From contig NZ_CALMFB010000054.1 of NCBI RefSeq assembly GCF_937863155.1, positions 29,975-93,974 on the forward strand: a stretch of DNA of 64,000 nucleotides, read 5' to 3'. The translations under genes and the position numbers were made by a program. Shown piece after piece: positions 56,341 to 64,000 of this stretch (position 1 is its first letter; each line of letters begins with the position of its first letter). Origin of the DNA: an uncultured Brevundimonas sp. (GTDB taxonomy: Bacteria; Pseudomonadota; Alphaproteobacteria; Caulobacterales; Caulobacteraceae). The notes under the pieces were generated by a model that was given only the letters and a program-made list of their open reading frames with translations, did no database searches and had not been told where the DNA came from.

Positions 56341-56358
56341 TTTTGCGCCACCGCAAAA
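56341..56358. promoter_or_regulatory. Crp/Fnr-spaced palindrome upstream of moaDEBC-moeA
   Basis: TTTTGCG-CCAC-CGCAAAA. Confidence 0.55.
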
Positions 56359-56471
56359 TCAGGTGCGCTAAATTGGCGCCGCCCCTGTGGGCGGGCCCAG
56401 CGTCGCCAGGGTGCATTTGGGCTGGATTGGCGATTATGGGGGGCAGCGCTGTCAGGTCAGACGCTCATTCT

Positions 56472-57536
56472 TCAAGCGCCCTGACCCTGAAAAATTTTGA
56501 TGTTCGAAGGCAACTCGGCCGGCACTGTGAACGCGGCGTCCCGGACGCCTTGGGTGCGGCAAGCCGTCAATGCGCGGGACCGGCACTGCGAGGGCGTCAC
56601 GCCGTAGGCCGCACGAAAGGCGCGTCCCGCTGCGGTGTGGCTTTCAAGGCCCCACCGACCGAGAACACTGGCGATCTTTTCGTGCGCCAGCGTCGGATCG
56701 GAGAGATCCCGGTACGCGCCCGTCAGCCGCCGCGTAAGGATGTATTTCCCGATCCCGCCATGAGATTCGAACATCCGGTACAGGGTCGGCCGCGTGATGA
56801 AGAACTGGTCCACCAGCGCGGCCGGGGCAAGGCGAGGGTCGCCCAGGTCGCGTTCGATCCGACGACAGATGGCGCGGAACTGGCTCTTGCGCATTTCGGC
56901 CCGGCTGGCGGCGCGGTGCTGGCTGCCCGCCTTGACCACGGCGGCCAGGAGGGCGGCCGTCGATCGGCTCCATTCCAGCCCCTCTGCGACGGTCAGGTCT
57001 GGGCCCTGGCTCCACATGTCTTCGATATGTTCGCGCACGGTGACGCCGTCTTCCGTATCCCGGCGCAGGATCAGCCCGTGCAGGTCGCTGACGTCGGCCA
57101 GCAGCGGCTCCAGCAGACCGCGCTCGACGATGACCGACAGGTTGTCGATTCCCTCGGTGCGGATGGCGACGGGCCGGGCCAGATCCAGCATGCAGACATC
57201 GCCGGGGGCCACCGAATGCTCGGCGCCGTCAAGGGTCATGACGAAGCCGTGGTTTAGATAGAACTGGACATGGAAGTGATCGACCCCGGTCCGCGCGATG
57301 GTCTGGGGGCTGCGGGTCATGATCGAGGCGGACGACCGGGATTGGCCCAGCTTGATCGGGCCATAATCATAGACGGCGAAGTCCATGACGTAGTTCGCGC
57401 GCACCTCGGGCGTCGGGGCCTCCAGGTCGAACATCGCCGCCATCACCTCGCGACAGGCAGCGAAACTGTCGGCGTAATCGGCGCCGATATAGGCCGTCAG
57501 ATACGGCAGCCGGTCAGTTCTGGAGCCTGTCGTCAT
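56472..57536 (-). CDS. AraC family transcription regulator
   Basis: AraC-binding-like N-terminus; C-terminal double HTH (FITRPTLYRMFE; GRAFRAAYGVTPSQ). Confidence 0.9.
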   Translation of the reverse strand: MTTGSRTDRLPYLTAYIGADYADSFAACREVMAAMFDLEAPTPEVRANYVMDFAVYDYGPIKLGQSRSSASIMTRSPQTIARTGVDHFHVQFYLNHGFVMTLDGAEHSVAPGDVCMLDLARPVAIRTEGIDNLSVIVERGLLEPLLADVSDLHGLILRRDTEDGVTVREHIEDMWSQGPDLTVAEGLEWSRSTAALLAAVVKAGSQHRAASRAEMRKSQFRAICRRIERDLGDPRLAPAALVDQFFITRPTLYRMFESHGGIGKYILTRRLTGAYRDLSDPTLAHEKIASVLGRWGLESHTAAGRAFRAAYGVTPSQCRSRALTACRTQGVRDAAFTVPAELPSNIKIFQGQGA

Positions 57537-57736
57537 GGGCCGGTTCCGATGGTCTGAAGGATGATCTGTAGGCGTTCGAGAAACGGCTAAGGCGAGAATC
57601 TTTCCACCCAGCGTCTCAAAATGATGCGTTCGCGACCTGGGCGCCTTGCGGCCGATCTCGAAGACGAGACTAAGCGGTTTCGAGCGGGGCGGGGAGCCGC
57701 CGCGAAGAGCGTGCGCGTCACGTGGGGGGATTGGCC

Positions 57737-60700
57737 ATGGCGGGTCGGGAATGTGAAACGGTGCGCGCGCGCCGCAATGCCTGTCGGGCGGCCCGTTGGC
57801 TGGGGGCTGTGCTCGCCAGGAGCTCGCGCGCCACGTGCGGGGCGATCTTCAATGGGCTTGTGGCGCTGGCGCTTGTCGCGGGTGTCTTGATGGCCGGTTC
57901 TCCCGCCCAGGCTCAGACCGAGACGTTCGACCAGGATGGACGGACCATCGAATACTCCACCGGGCACTATGGCTCCGTGGGCATGGGGCATTATCTGATT
58001 CAGGACGGTTCCGGCGAATACGTCATGATGTTCTACAAGCCGGTGAATGTTCCCGCCGGCAGAACATACACGTCGGCCAGCGTCAGCTATCGCTATGACG
58101 TCGGCCATGGCGCCGGAAACGCCGTGAACATCACATTGATGAGCACTGAGGCGACGTACGATGCGGCGGGGTTCAGTCTGATCAGAACCAGCCCCTCTGT
58201 CGGCGGGTTCATATTGCAGTCGGGCAGCGGCGTGGCGACGACCAGCCTGTCCAACACCGTGGTCAACGAGATGAACCGCCTGTCCGCCGACGGCGGCGGG
58301 TGGCTGTATCTGGGCGTCTCCATGGCCAGCCCGAGCGCCAGCGTGTCCGCTTCGGCCTATCCGTTCGACGTGGTCGCCGAATTCGCCGTTCCACAGCCGA
58401 CGATCTCGTCCATCTCGCCCAACAGCGGCCCCACCTCCGGCGGCGCGACCGTCACCATCACGGGGACCAACCTCGCCGACGCCAGCGCCGTGACCTTCGG
58501 CGGCAATGCGGCGACCCATTTCACGGCGACCGCCACCAGCATCAGCGCCGAGGTTCCCGCCCGCGCCGCCGGGGCTGTGGCCGTGGTCGTCACCACGCCG
58601 GGAGGGACCGCGACAGGCGCCTATACCTATGTCGGTGCGCCCACGATCTCGACGATCTCTCCGAACAGCGGTCCCGCCACCGGCTTGCAGACGGTCGTCA
58701 TCACGGGAACGAACCTGGCGACCACGACGGCCGTGGCCTTCAACGGCGCTGCGGCGGCGATAATCAGCCGCAGCGATACGGAACTGCGGGTCACCAGTCC
58801 GGCCCAGGCGGCAGGCGCGGTGACCGTGACCGTCACGACGCCCGGCGGCAGCGCGACCGGCGGCTACACCTATGTCGCGGCGCCCACGATCACGACCATT
58901 TCGCCCGATGTCGGCCCCACAAGCGGGGTCTATACGGTCACCGTAACCGGAACGAACCTGGAGGGCGCGACGAGCATCACCTTCGGCGGCGTGACGGGGG
59001 CCATCATGGGGCGCAGCGCCACCCAGCTCCAGGTCGCGGGACCGGCGCTCTATACGCCCAGAACCGTGGACGTGGTCGTCACCACGCCCGGCGGAACCGC
59101 CACGGCTGTCAACGGCTTCACAGCGGCGGACAAGCCGGTGGCCGGGGACGTCACCTATGGCCCGCTGATCCCCTACAACACCGGCACGGCGACGCCGACG
59201 ATCTTCAGCCTGGCCGCGAATGTGACCAACAATCCGACGCGCTATGCGGTCGGATCGACGACGACGGCGCAAGGCGGGACGGTGGGCATCGATGACGCCG
59301 GACAGGTCAGCTACACGCCTCCGGTCGGCTATCGCGACGCGACCGACACCTTCACCTACACGGCCTCCAATGCCATCGGTGCGTCCGATCCGGCGACCGT
59401 GACGGTGCGGATCGGCAACCCGGCCTTCACCATCGCCCTGCCTGCGGCCAGCGGGAGGGTAGGCGAGCCCTACAACAGCGCGGGCGCACCGCTGACGGTC
59501 ACAGGCGGCCGGGCGCCCTACGTCGACTTCTCGGCGACCGGCTTGCCGGACGGGCTGAGCATGAACAGCGCGGGCGTGATCTCCGGCACGCCGACGGGCC
59601 TTGCCAATGCGAGCATCCTGATCACCCTCAACGACAGTTCGACAGGCAGTGGGCCGGCGACCGCGTTTTCGCTGCGTTACCTGACCATCGACCCGCCGAA
59701 CCTGACCCTGTCTCCGGCCGCGGGCGCCTTGCCCGGCGCTCTGCAGCACGCCGCCTACAGCCAGACCTTCTCCGCCGCCGGCGGCACGCCGGACTACAGC
59801 TATACGCTGCGTGGCGGAGCTTTGCCGGCCGGCCTGACCCTGTCGGCCGGTGGAGTCCTGTCGGGGACGCCGACCCAGCGGGGTACGTTCACTTTCACGA
59901 TCCGGGCGACGGACTCATCGAGAGGCGGCGTATTCCACATCGACAACGCCTACAGCCTGGAGGTGGTCCTGCCTGCGCCGCCGACGGCGGGGGCGGTGGC
60001 CACGACCGTCGCAGCGAACAGCAGCGGCAATAGACTAACGCCGGTCCTTGGCGGACCGCAGGCCGACAGCATCGCGGTGGCTCAAGGGCCGGCACATGGT
60101 GTGGTCACCGTGTCCGGCCTGACCTTCCTCTATACGCCGACGGCGGGTTACTCGGGCGACGACAGCTTCACCTATGTCGCGACCAATGCGGGCGGCGATT
60201 CCGTCTCCGCGACGGTCACGGTGACGGTGACGCCGCCGGTTCTGGCCCTGGGCGATCTGTCGCCTGCAACCGCCGAGGCGACGACGCCGTATGGGGCGAT
60301 CCTGACCGCCTCGCTCGGGACGGGGCCCTACAGTTTCGCGGTTTCGAACGGCGCCTTGCCGCGAGACGTGACTCTGTCGCCCGACGGCGTCCTGTCAGGC
60401 GCGCCGACCGTGGCGGGCGCCTTCAGCTTCGAGGTGCGGGCGACGGACGTTCATGGCGCGACCGGAACCCGCGCCTACACCTTGCAGGTCGACGCGCCGA
60501 GCGTGAGGCCCGCGCCCGCCGAGGGGGCCCTGCCGGGTGGCCTTCTGACCATGGCCTACAGCCAGACATTAACCGCCACGGGCGGCGTCGGACCCTATAG
60601 CTGGGCGGTGACCGGCGGCCAGCTTCCGGCCGGTCTGACGCTGGCCACGGGTGGCGGCCTGACCGGCACGCCGACCCTGGCGGGAAGCCACAGCTTCACC

Positions 60701-62548
60701 GTGACGGCGACCGACGTCTTCGGTTTCACCGGGACGGCCGTCTATGCGCTGGAGATCGGCGTCCCGGTCCCGACGGTTCAGCCGCAGACGGCCACGGCCG
60801 TGGGCGGCCAGAGCGTGACCCTGGACGTCACCCATGGCGTGGTAGGGGTGGATATCACCTCGGTGTCGGTGGTCTCGCCGCCGGCGCATGGGACCGCCGT
60901 CGTCCAGGGAATGAGCATCGTCTATACGGCTCGCGGCGACTTCTCCGGGACCGACAGTTTCACCTACACGGTCAACAATGCGGGCGGGGCCTCGGCGCCC
61001 GGCACGGTGACCATCACCGTCCGTCCCGCCGTGGCGACCGGTCCTGAAAAGACGGTCACCATCCTGGCCGGTCGGACCGCGACGGTGGAGCTGACCGCAG
61101 GCGCCGGCGGCGCGCCCTTCACTGGCGCCGCAGTGGTTTCGGTGGGGCCGGGTCAGGCGGGAACGGCGCGGATCGTATCGCGCACCGGCCAAGGCGGGAT
61201 TCAACTCTATGATCTGGTCTTTACCCCGGCGGACGGCTTCACCGGTGAGGCGACTGTACTTTACACCTTGAGCAACGCCTTCGCGGTCAGCGCTCCAGGC
61301 ACGGTGACCATCACGGTGGAACGCCGTCCAGACGCGGGCGTCGATCCCGAGGTGCGGGGCGTGGCGACCAGCCAGGTGACCGCGGCCGGCCGTTTCGCCG
61401 GCGCCCAGATCAGCAATTTCCAGCGCCGTATGCAGGCCCTGCGCGATGGGACCAATGGCTCGTCCAACGGCCTGAGCCTGAACCTTGTCGGCTCCAGCCG
61501 CGACCGCGACCCACGCATGGCCCTGCGCCGTGAACTGGGACAGCCGGTGACCTCTCTGGATCGAGATGCCCTGAACGACGACCGGGATCGGGAGATGCTG
61601 GTGCTGAATCGGTGGGCCGACCGCCGATCGACCGGTACGACCGGTCCGTCCAGATTCGGCGATCGTCTGAACGCCGCGCCGACGACGACAGATCAGACGC
61701 GCGGCCATTCCATCGGCTTCTGGACGGCCGGTTCGGTCGACTGGGGTCGGGAGGCCGCGGATGGTCAGGACGACAGTCGCTTCACCACTCAAGGGGTGAG
61801 CGCAGGTCTGGATGTTCGGGTCAGCGACCGGCTTATCCTGGGCGGCGGCCTAGGCTACGGCGAGGACCGGACCAGGATCGGGGATCAGGGCGCCCTCAGC
61901 GAAGGCTCGGCCGTCACCGGCGCCCTATACGCCAGCTGGCGTCCGGCCGAGGCCTTTTATATCGACGGCGTGATAGGCTACGCCGACCTGGCCTTCTCTT
62001 CTCGGCGCTGGGTCCAGGGTCTGGGCGGCGATCCTTCAGGCTATGCCTATGGGGACCGTTCGGGCGACATCCTGTTCGCCTCGGCCGCCTTCGGGCGGGT
62101 CATCCGGCGCGCCGCCCTGACCAGCGAAATCTATGCTGGGGTCGATGCGCGCGAGATGACGCTGGATGCTTTCACCGAGACGGGCGCCGGGCTGTCGGCC
62201 CTGGCCTGGGACGCGCTGAAGCAGAGCGGTCTGTCGGCCAATCTGGGCGCGACCCTGCGCTGGAGCCTCGATACCCGGCGCCACGGTCAGATCTGGCCCA
62301 GCGCGCGGGTGGAATGGTCGCATGAACTGGAGCGCATGGGCGACCAGGGGGTCCGCTACGCCGATTGGGCGGGCAGCCCCAGGTATCTGATTCCGCTGGA
62401 TGAATGGTCGCGCAATGCGGTCAATCTGGATCTGGGGCTGGAGTGGTCGCTGAATGAACGGCTGATGCTCAACTTCGGCTACCGGGCGATGTACGGCGAC
62501 GCCAGTTCCAGCCACGGCGGCCAGTTCGGGCTGAAGTACGGATGGTGA
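57737..62548 (+). CDS. Large autotransporter adhesin with IPT/TIG, putative-Ig and Big/cadherin-like repeats
   Basis: Extended signal peptide; PTIS.ISP..GP..G repeats (x3), G.LP.GL.L..G.LSG.PT repeats, G.DSFTY repeats, C-terminal beta-barrel ending in W. Confidence 0.9.
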   Translation: MAGRECETVRARRNACRAARWLGAVLARSSRATCGAIFNGLVALALVAGVLMAGSPAQAQTETFDQDGRTIEYSTGHYGSVGMGHYLIQDGSGEYVMMFYKPVNVPAGRTYTSASVSYRYDVGHGAGNAVNITLMSTEATYDAAGFSLIRTSPSVGGFILQSGSGVATTSLSNTVVNEMNRLSADGGGWLYLGVSMASPSASVSASAYPFDVVAEFAVPQPTISSISPNSGPTSGGATVTITGTNLADASAVTFGGNAATHFTATATSISAEVPARAAGAVAVVVTTPGGTATGAYTYVGAPTISTISPNSGPATGLQTVVITGTNLATTTAVAFNGAAAAIISRSDTELRVTSPAQAAGAVTVTVTTPGGSATGGYTYVAAPTITTISPDVGPTSGVYTVTVTGTNLEGATSITFGGVTGAIMGRSATQLQVAGPALYTPRTVDVVVTTPGGTATAVNGFTAADKPVAGDVTYGPLIPYNTGTATPTIFSLAANVTNNPTRYAVGSTTTAQGGTVGIDDAGQVSYTPPVGYRDATDTFTYTASNAIGASDPATVTVRIGNPAFTIALPAASGRVGEPYNSAGAPLTVTGGRAPYVDFSATGLPDGLSMNSAGVISGTPTGLANASILITLNDSSTGSGPATAFSLRYLTIDPPNLTLSPAAGALPGALQHAAYSQTFSAAGGTPDYSYTLRGGALPAGLTLSAGGVLSGTPTQRGTFTFTIRATDSSRGGVFHIDNAYSLEVVLPAPPTAGAVATTVAANSSGNRLTPVLGGPQADSIAVAQGPAHGVVTVSGLTFLYTPTAGYSGDDSFTYVATNAGGDSVSATVTVTVTPPVLALGDLSPATAEATTPYGAILTASLGTGPYSFAVSNGALPRDVTLSPDGVLSGAPTVAGAFSFEVRATDVHGATGTRAYTLQVDAPSVRPAPAEGALPGGLLTMAYSQTLTATGGVGPYSWAVTGGQLPAGLTLATGGGLTGTPTLAGSHSFTVTATDVFGFTGTAVYALEIGVPVPTVQPQTATAVGGQSVTLDVTHGVVGVDITSVSVVSPPAHGTAVVQGMSIVYTARGDFSGTDSFTYTVNNAGGASAPGTVTITVRPAVATGPEKTVTILAGRTATVELTAGAGGAPFTGAAVVSVGPGQAGTARIVSRTGQGGIQLYDLVFTPADGFTGEATVLYTLSNAFAVSAPGTVTITVERRPDAGVDPEVRGVATSQVTAAGRFAGAQISNFQRRMQALRDGTNGSSNGLSLNLVGSSRDRDPRMALRRELGQPVTSLDRDALNDDRDREMLVLNRWADRRSTGTTGPSRFGDRLNAAPTTTDQTRGHSIGFWTAGSVDWGREAADGQDDSRFTTQGVSAGLDVRVSDRLILGGGLGYGEDRTRIGDQGALSEGSAVTGALYASWRPAEAFYIDGVIGYADLAFSSRRWVQGLGGDPSGYAYGDRSGDILFASAAFGRVIRRAALTSEIYAGVDAREMTLDAFTETGAGLSALAWDALKQSGLSANLGATLRWSLDTRRHGQIWPSARVEWSHELERMGDQGVRYADWAGSPRYLIPLDEWSRNAVNLDLGLEWSLNERLMLNFGYRAMYGDASSSHGGQFGLKYGW

Positions 62549-62757
62549 TGGCGCCGGCGCGTGGATTCGGCGTCTTGTCAGCCCGAGGCGACCGGAAAAC
62601 CGATCGTCAGCACGACAATCGCGTCGACAACTCAGACCTGTCTCCCGACGATCCGCGTGGCCTGAGATCGGAACGGAAATAGAGCCGATCCGCCTGTCCG
62701 GTATGCGGCCCGAACCGCGTTTTCGTGTTCGGGGCTGTATCTTGAGAGGATCGGAAC

Positions 62758-63597
62758 ATGAAACGATGGATTGCGGGGCTGTCGGCCTTGGTGGTGCTGG
62801 CGGGCGGCGCGACGGGGGCTGCGATGGCCCTGGCGCAGGGGGGACCGTCCCTGACCCTGTATGAGGGCGAGGGCTATGGCGGTCAGTCCAAACGGATCGA
62901 CCGCGCCGTGCGCGACCTGAACAGCGTGCGGTTCAACGACATGGCGCGCAGCCTGGTCGCCGAAGGTCGGTGGGAAGTCTGTCTGGACGCCGCCTTCCGG
63001 GGCCAGTGCCGGATCGTCCAGGGCCAGGTCAGCGACATGGGCGACTGGAACGGCTCCATCTCGTCCGTCCGCTATCTGGGACCGGCCGACTGGGGCGCGG
63101 CGGGCGGATCGGCCGTCGGCGGCGGATCGACTGTGGCTGCGACGCAAGGGCAACAGGTTCCCGCCGCACAGCCTCAGGAGGAGTGGCGGCCCATGCAGCG
63201 GACCGATCTTTTCGGCAGCGACTATCATGAGTTCGACCTGAACTCGGGCCAGGACTGGCGCGCCTGCAAGTCGGCCTGCGACGCCGATGGCCGGTGCCAG
63301 TCGTGGACCATGACCATCCCCGGCTCGACCCTCTATGGTCGGTGCTATCTGAAGAACACGGTGCCGACCCCGACCGAGGCCGAATGCTGCATTTCGGGCA
63401 TCAAGGGCGCGCCCAGCGCCGGCGGCCCCGGTGCGGGCGGTCAGGCGGCCAGCGGCGGCTATGCTGGCGCTCAAGGGTCATCGCGCGGGCCCAATGCGGC
63501 CGAAACCGCGGCCCAGCGCGCGGCCCGTGTGGCGGCCGAGGAAGCCGAACGTCGGACGCACGACCGCATCCGCGAAGGCATCGGCCGGATCTTCTGA
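62758..63597 (+). CDS. Exported beta/gamma-crystallin + PAN/apple domain protein
   Basis: LYEGEGYGG..., NDMARS, NGSISSVR; DLFGSDY...CKSACDADGRCQSWT...CYLK...CCISG. Confidence 0.85.
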   Translation: MKRWIAGLSALVVLAGGATGAAMALAQGGPSLTLYEGEGYGGQSKRIDRAVRDLNSVRFNDMARSLVAEGRWEVCLDAAFRGQCRIVQGQVSDMGDWNGSISSVRYLGPADWGAAGGSAVGGGSTVAATQGQQVPAAQPQEEWRPMQRTDLFGSDYHEFDLNSGQDWRACKSACDADGRCQSWTMTIPGSTLYGRCYLKNTVPTPTEAECCISGIKGAPSAGGPGAGGQAASGGYAGAQGSSRGPNAAETAAQRAARVAAEEAERRTHDRIREGIGRIF

Positions 63598-63612
63598 TCG
63601 GATGAAGCCTTG

Positions 63613-63645
63613 TCGGCCGGTCGGTCTGCGCGACCGGCCGGCCGA
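63613..63645. terminator. GC-rich hairpin after the crystallin-PAN gene (no clear U tract)
   Basis: tcggccggtcggtc-tgcgc-gaccggccggccga. Confidence 0.3.
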
Positions 63646-63670
63646 TCCTGCGTAAATGGGAGACAGACCG

Positions 63671-64000
63671 ATGCGAGCACTGTTGAAATTGGCGTTGGCG
63701 GCGACCCTGGTCATGGCCGGTCCCGCGTGCAGCCAGACCCCGCCCTCCGCCGCTCCCGCTGACGGCGGCGAGGATGCAGGCGCGCTCAGCGCGGCGGGCG
63801 CGTTTCAGGGGAACTGGCGCGTCACGCGCCTGGACGACCCGGACGATGCGGCCCTGATGGCGCTGCAACTGCGCCACGACGGGGATCTGCTGGAGGGTGA
63901 ATATGTGCTGCACCAGCCGTTCTGCGATGTGGACCAGCCTCTGCCTCTGCCGTCGAACCTGGATTGCGAATTCACGGGCCTTTCCGCGTCGTTCGACGAT
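63671..64000 (+). CDS. Exported hypothetical protein, truncated by the window edge
   Basis: MRALLKLALAATLVMAGPACSQ signal; open to the end of the window. Confidence 0.65.
   Translation, partial: MRALLKLALAATLVMAGPACSQTPPSAAPADGGEDAGALSAAGAFQGNWRVTRLDDPDDAALMALQLRHDGDLLEGEYVLHQPFCDVDQPLPLPSNLDCEFTGLSASFDD

Noticed and set aside
57722-61330. Recurrent similar DNA segments as a CRISPR array or DGR repeats
   Set aside because: They are degenerate in-frame domain repeats of the autotransporter. There are no constant-length repeats with spacers and no cas or reverse transcriptase genes.

Overview
High-GC alphaproteobacterial chromosome segment; fliLM/flgFGAH synteny, CtrA/sigma54/ftr sites and FixLJ-FixT-FixK suggest Caulobacteraceae, probably Brevundimonas (inference). 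Four parts. (1) 33-5131: a 5.1-kb integrative element (tyrosine integrase, AbiE-like toxin-antitoxin pair, CD-NTase + SLATT two-gene CBASS-like system) flanked by a 37-bp direct repeat of the 5' half of tRNA-Leu(UAA). The copy that continues into host DNA runs into what looks like the start of a group I intron at the window edge. (2) 5138-18000: core genes (M28 peptidase, flagellar motE-fliM-fliL and flgFGAH, three tandem paralogous exported proteins, DUF885, msrA) ending in tRNA-Ser(GGA). (3) About 18150-56360: a self-contained anaerobiosis cluster: ubiTUV with a chorismate mutase and a PLP decarboxylase, FixLJ/FixT/FixK, a ModE-boxed TonB receptor-modE-modABC operon, narK1K2GHJI with accessory genes, Moco biosynthesis with a Moco riboswitch, NnrS, Ric, and a split class III ribonucleotide reductase, tied together by FNR-type boxes. 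(4) 56472-64000: AraC regulator, a large Ig/IPT autotransporter, a crystallin-PAN protein and a partial exported protein. All family assignments come from visual motif recognition, not database searches.
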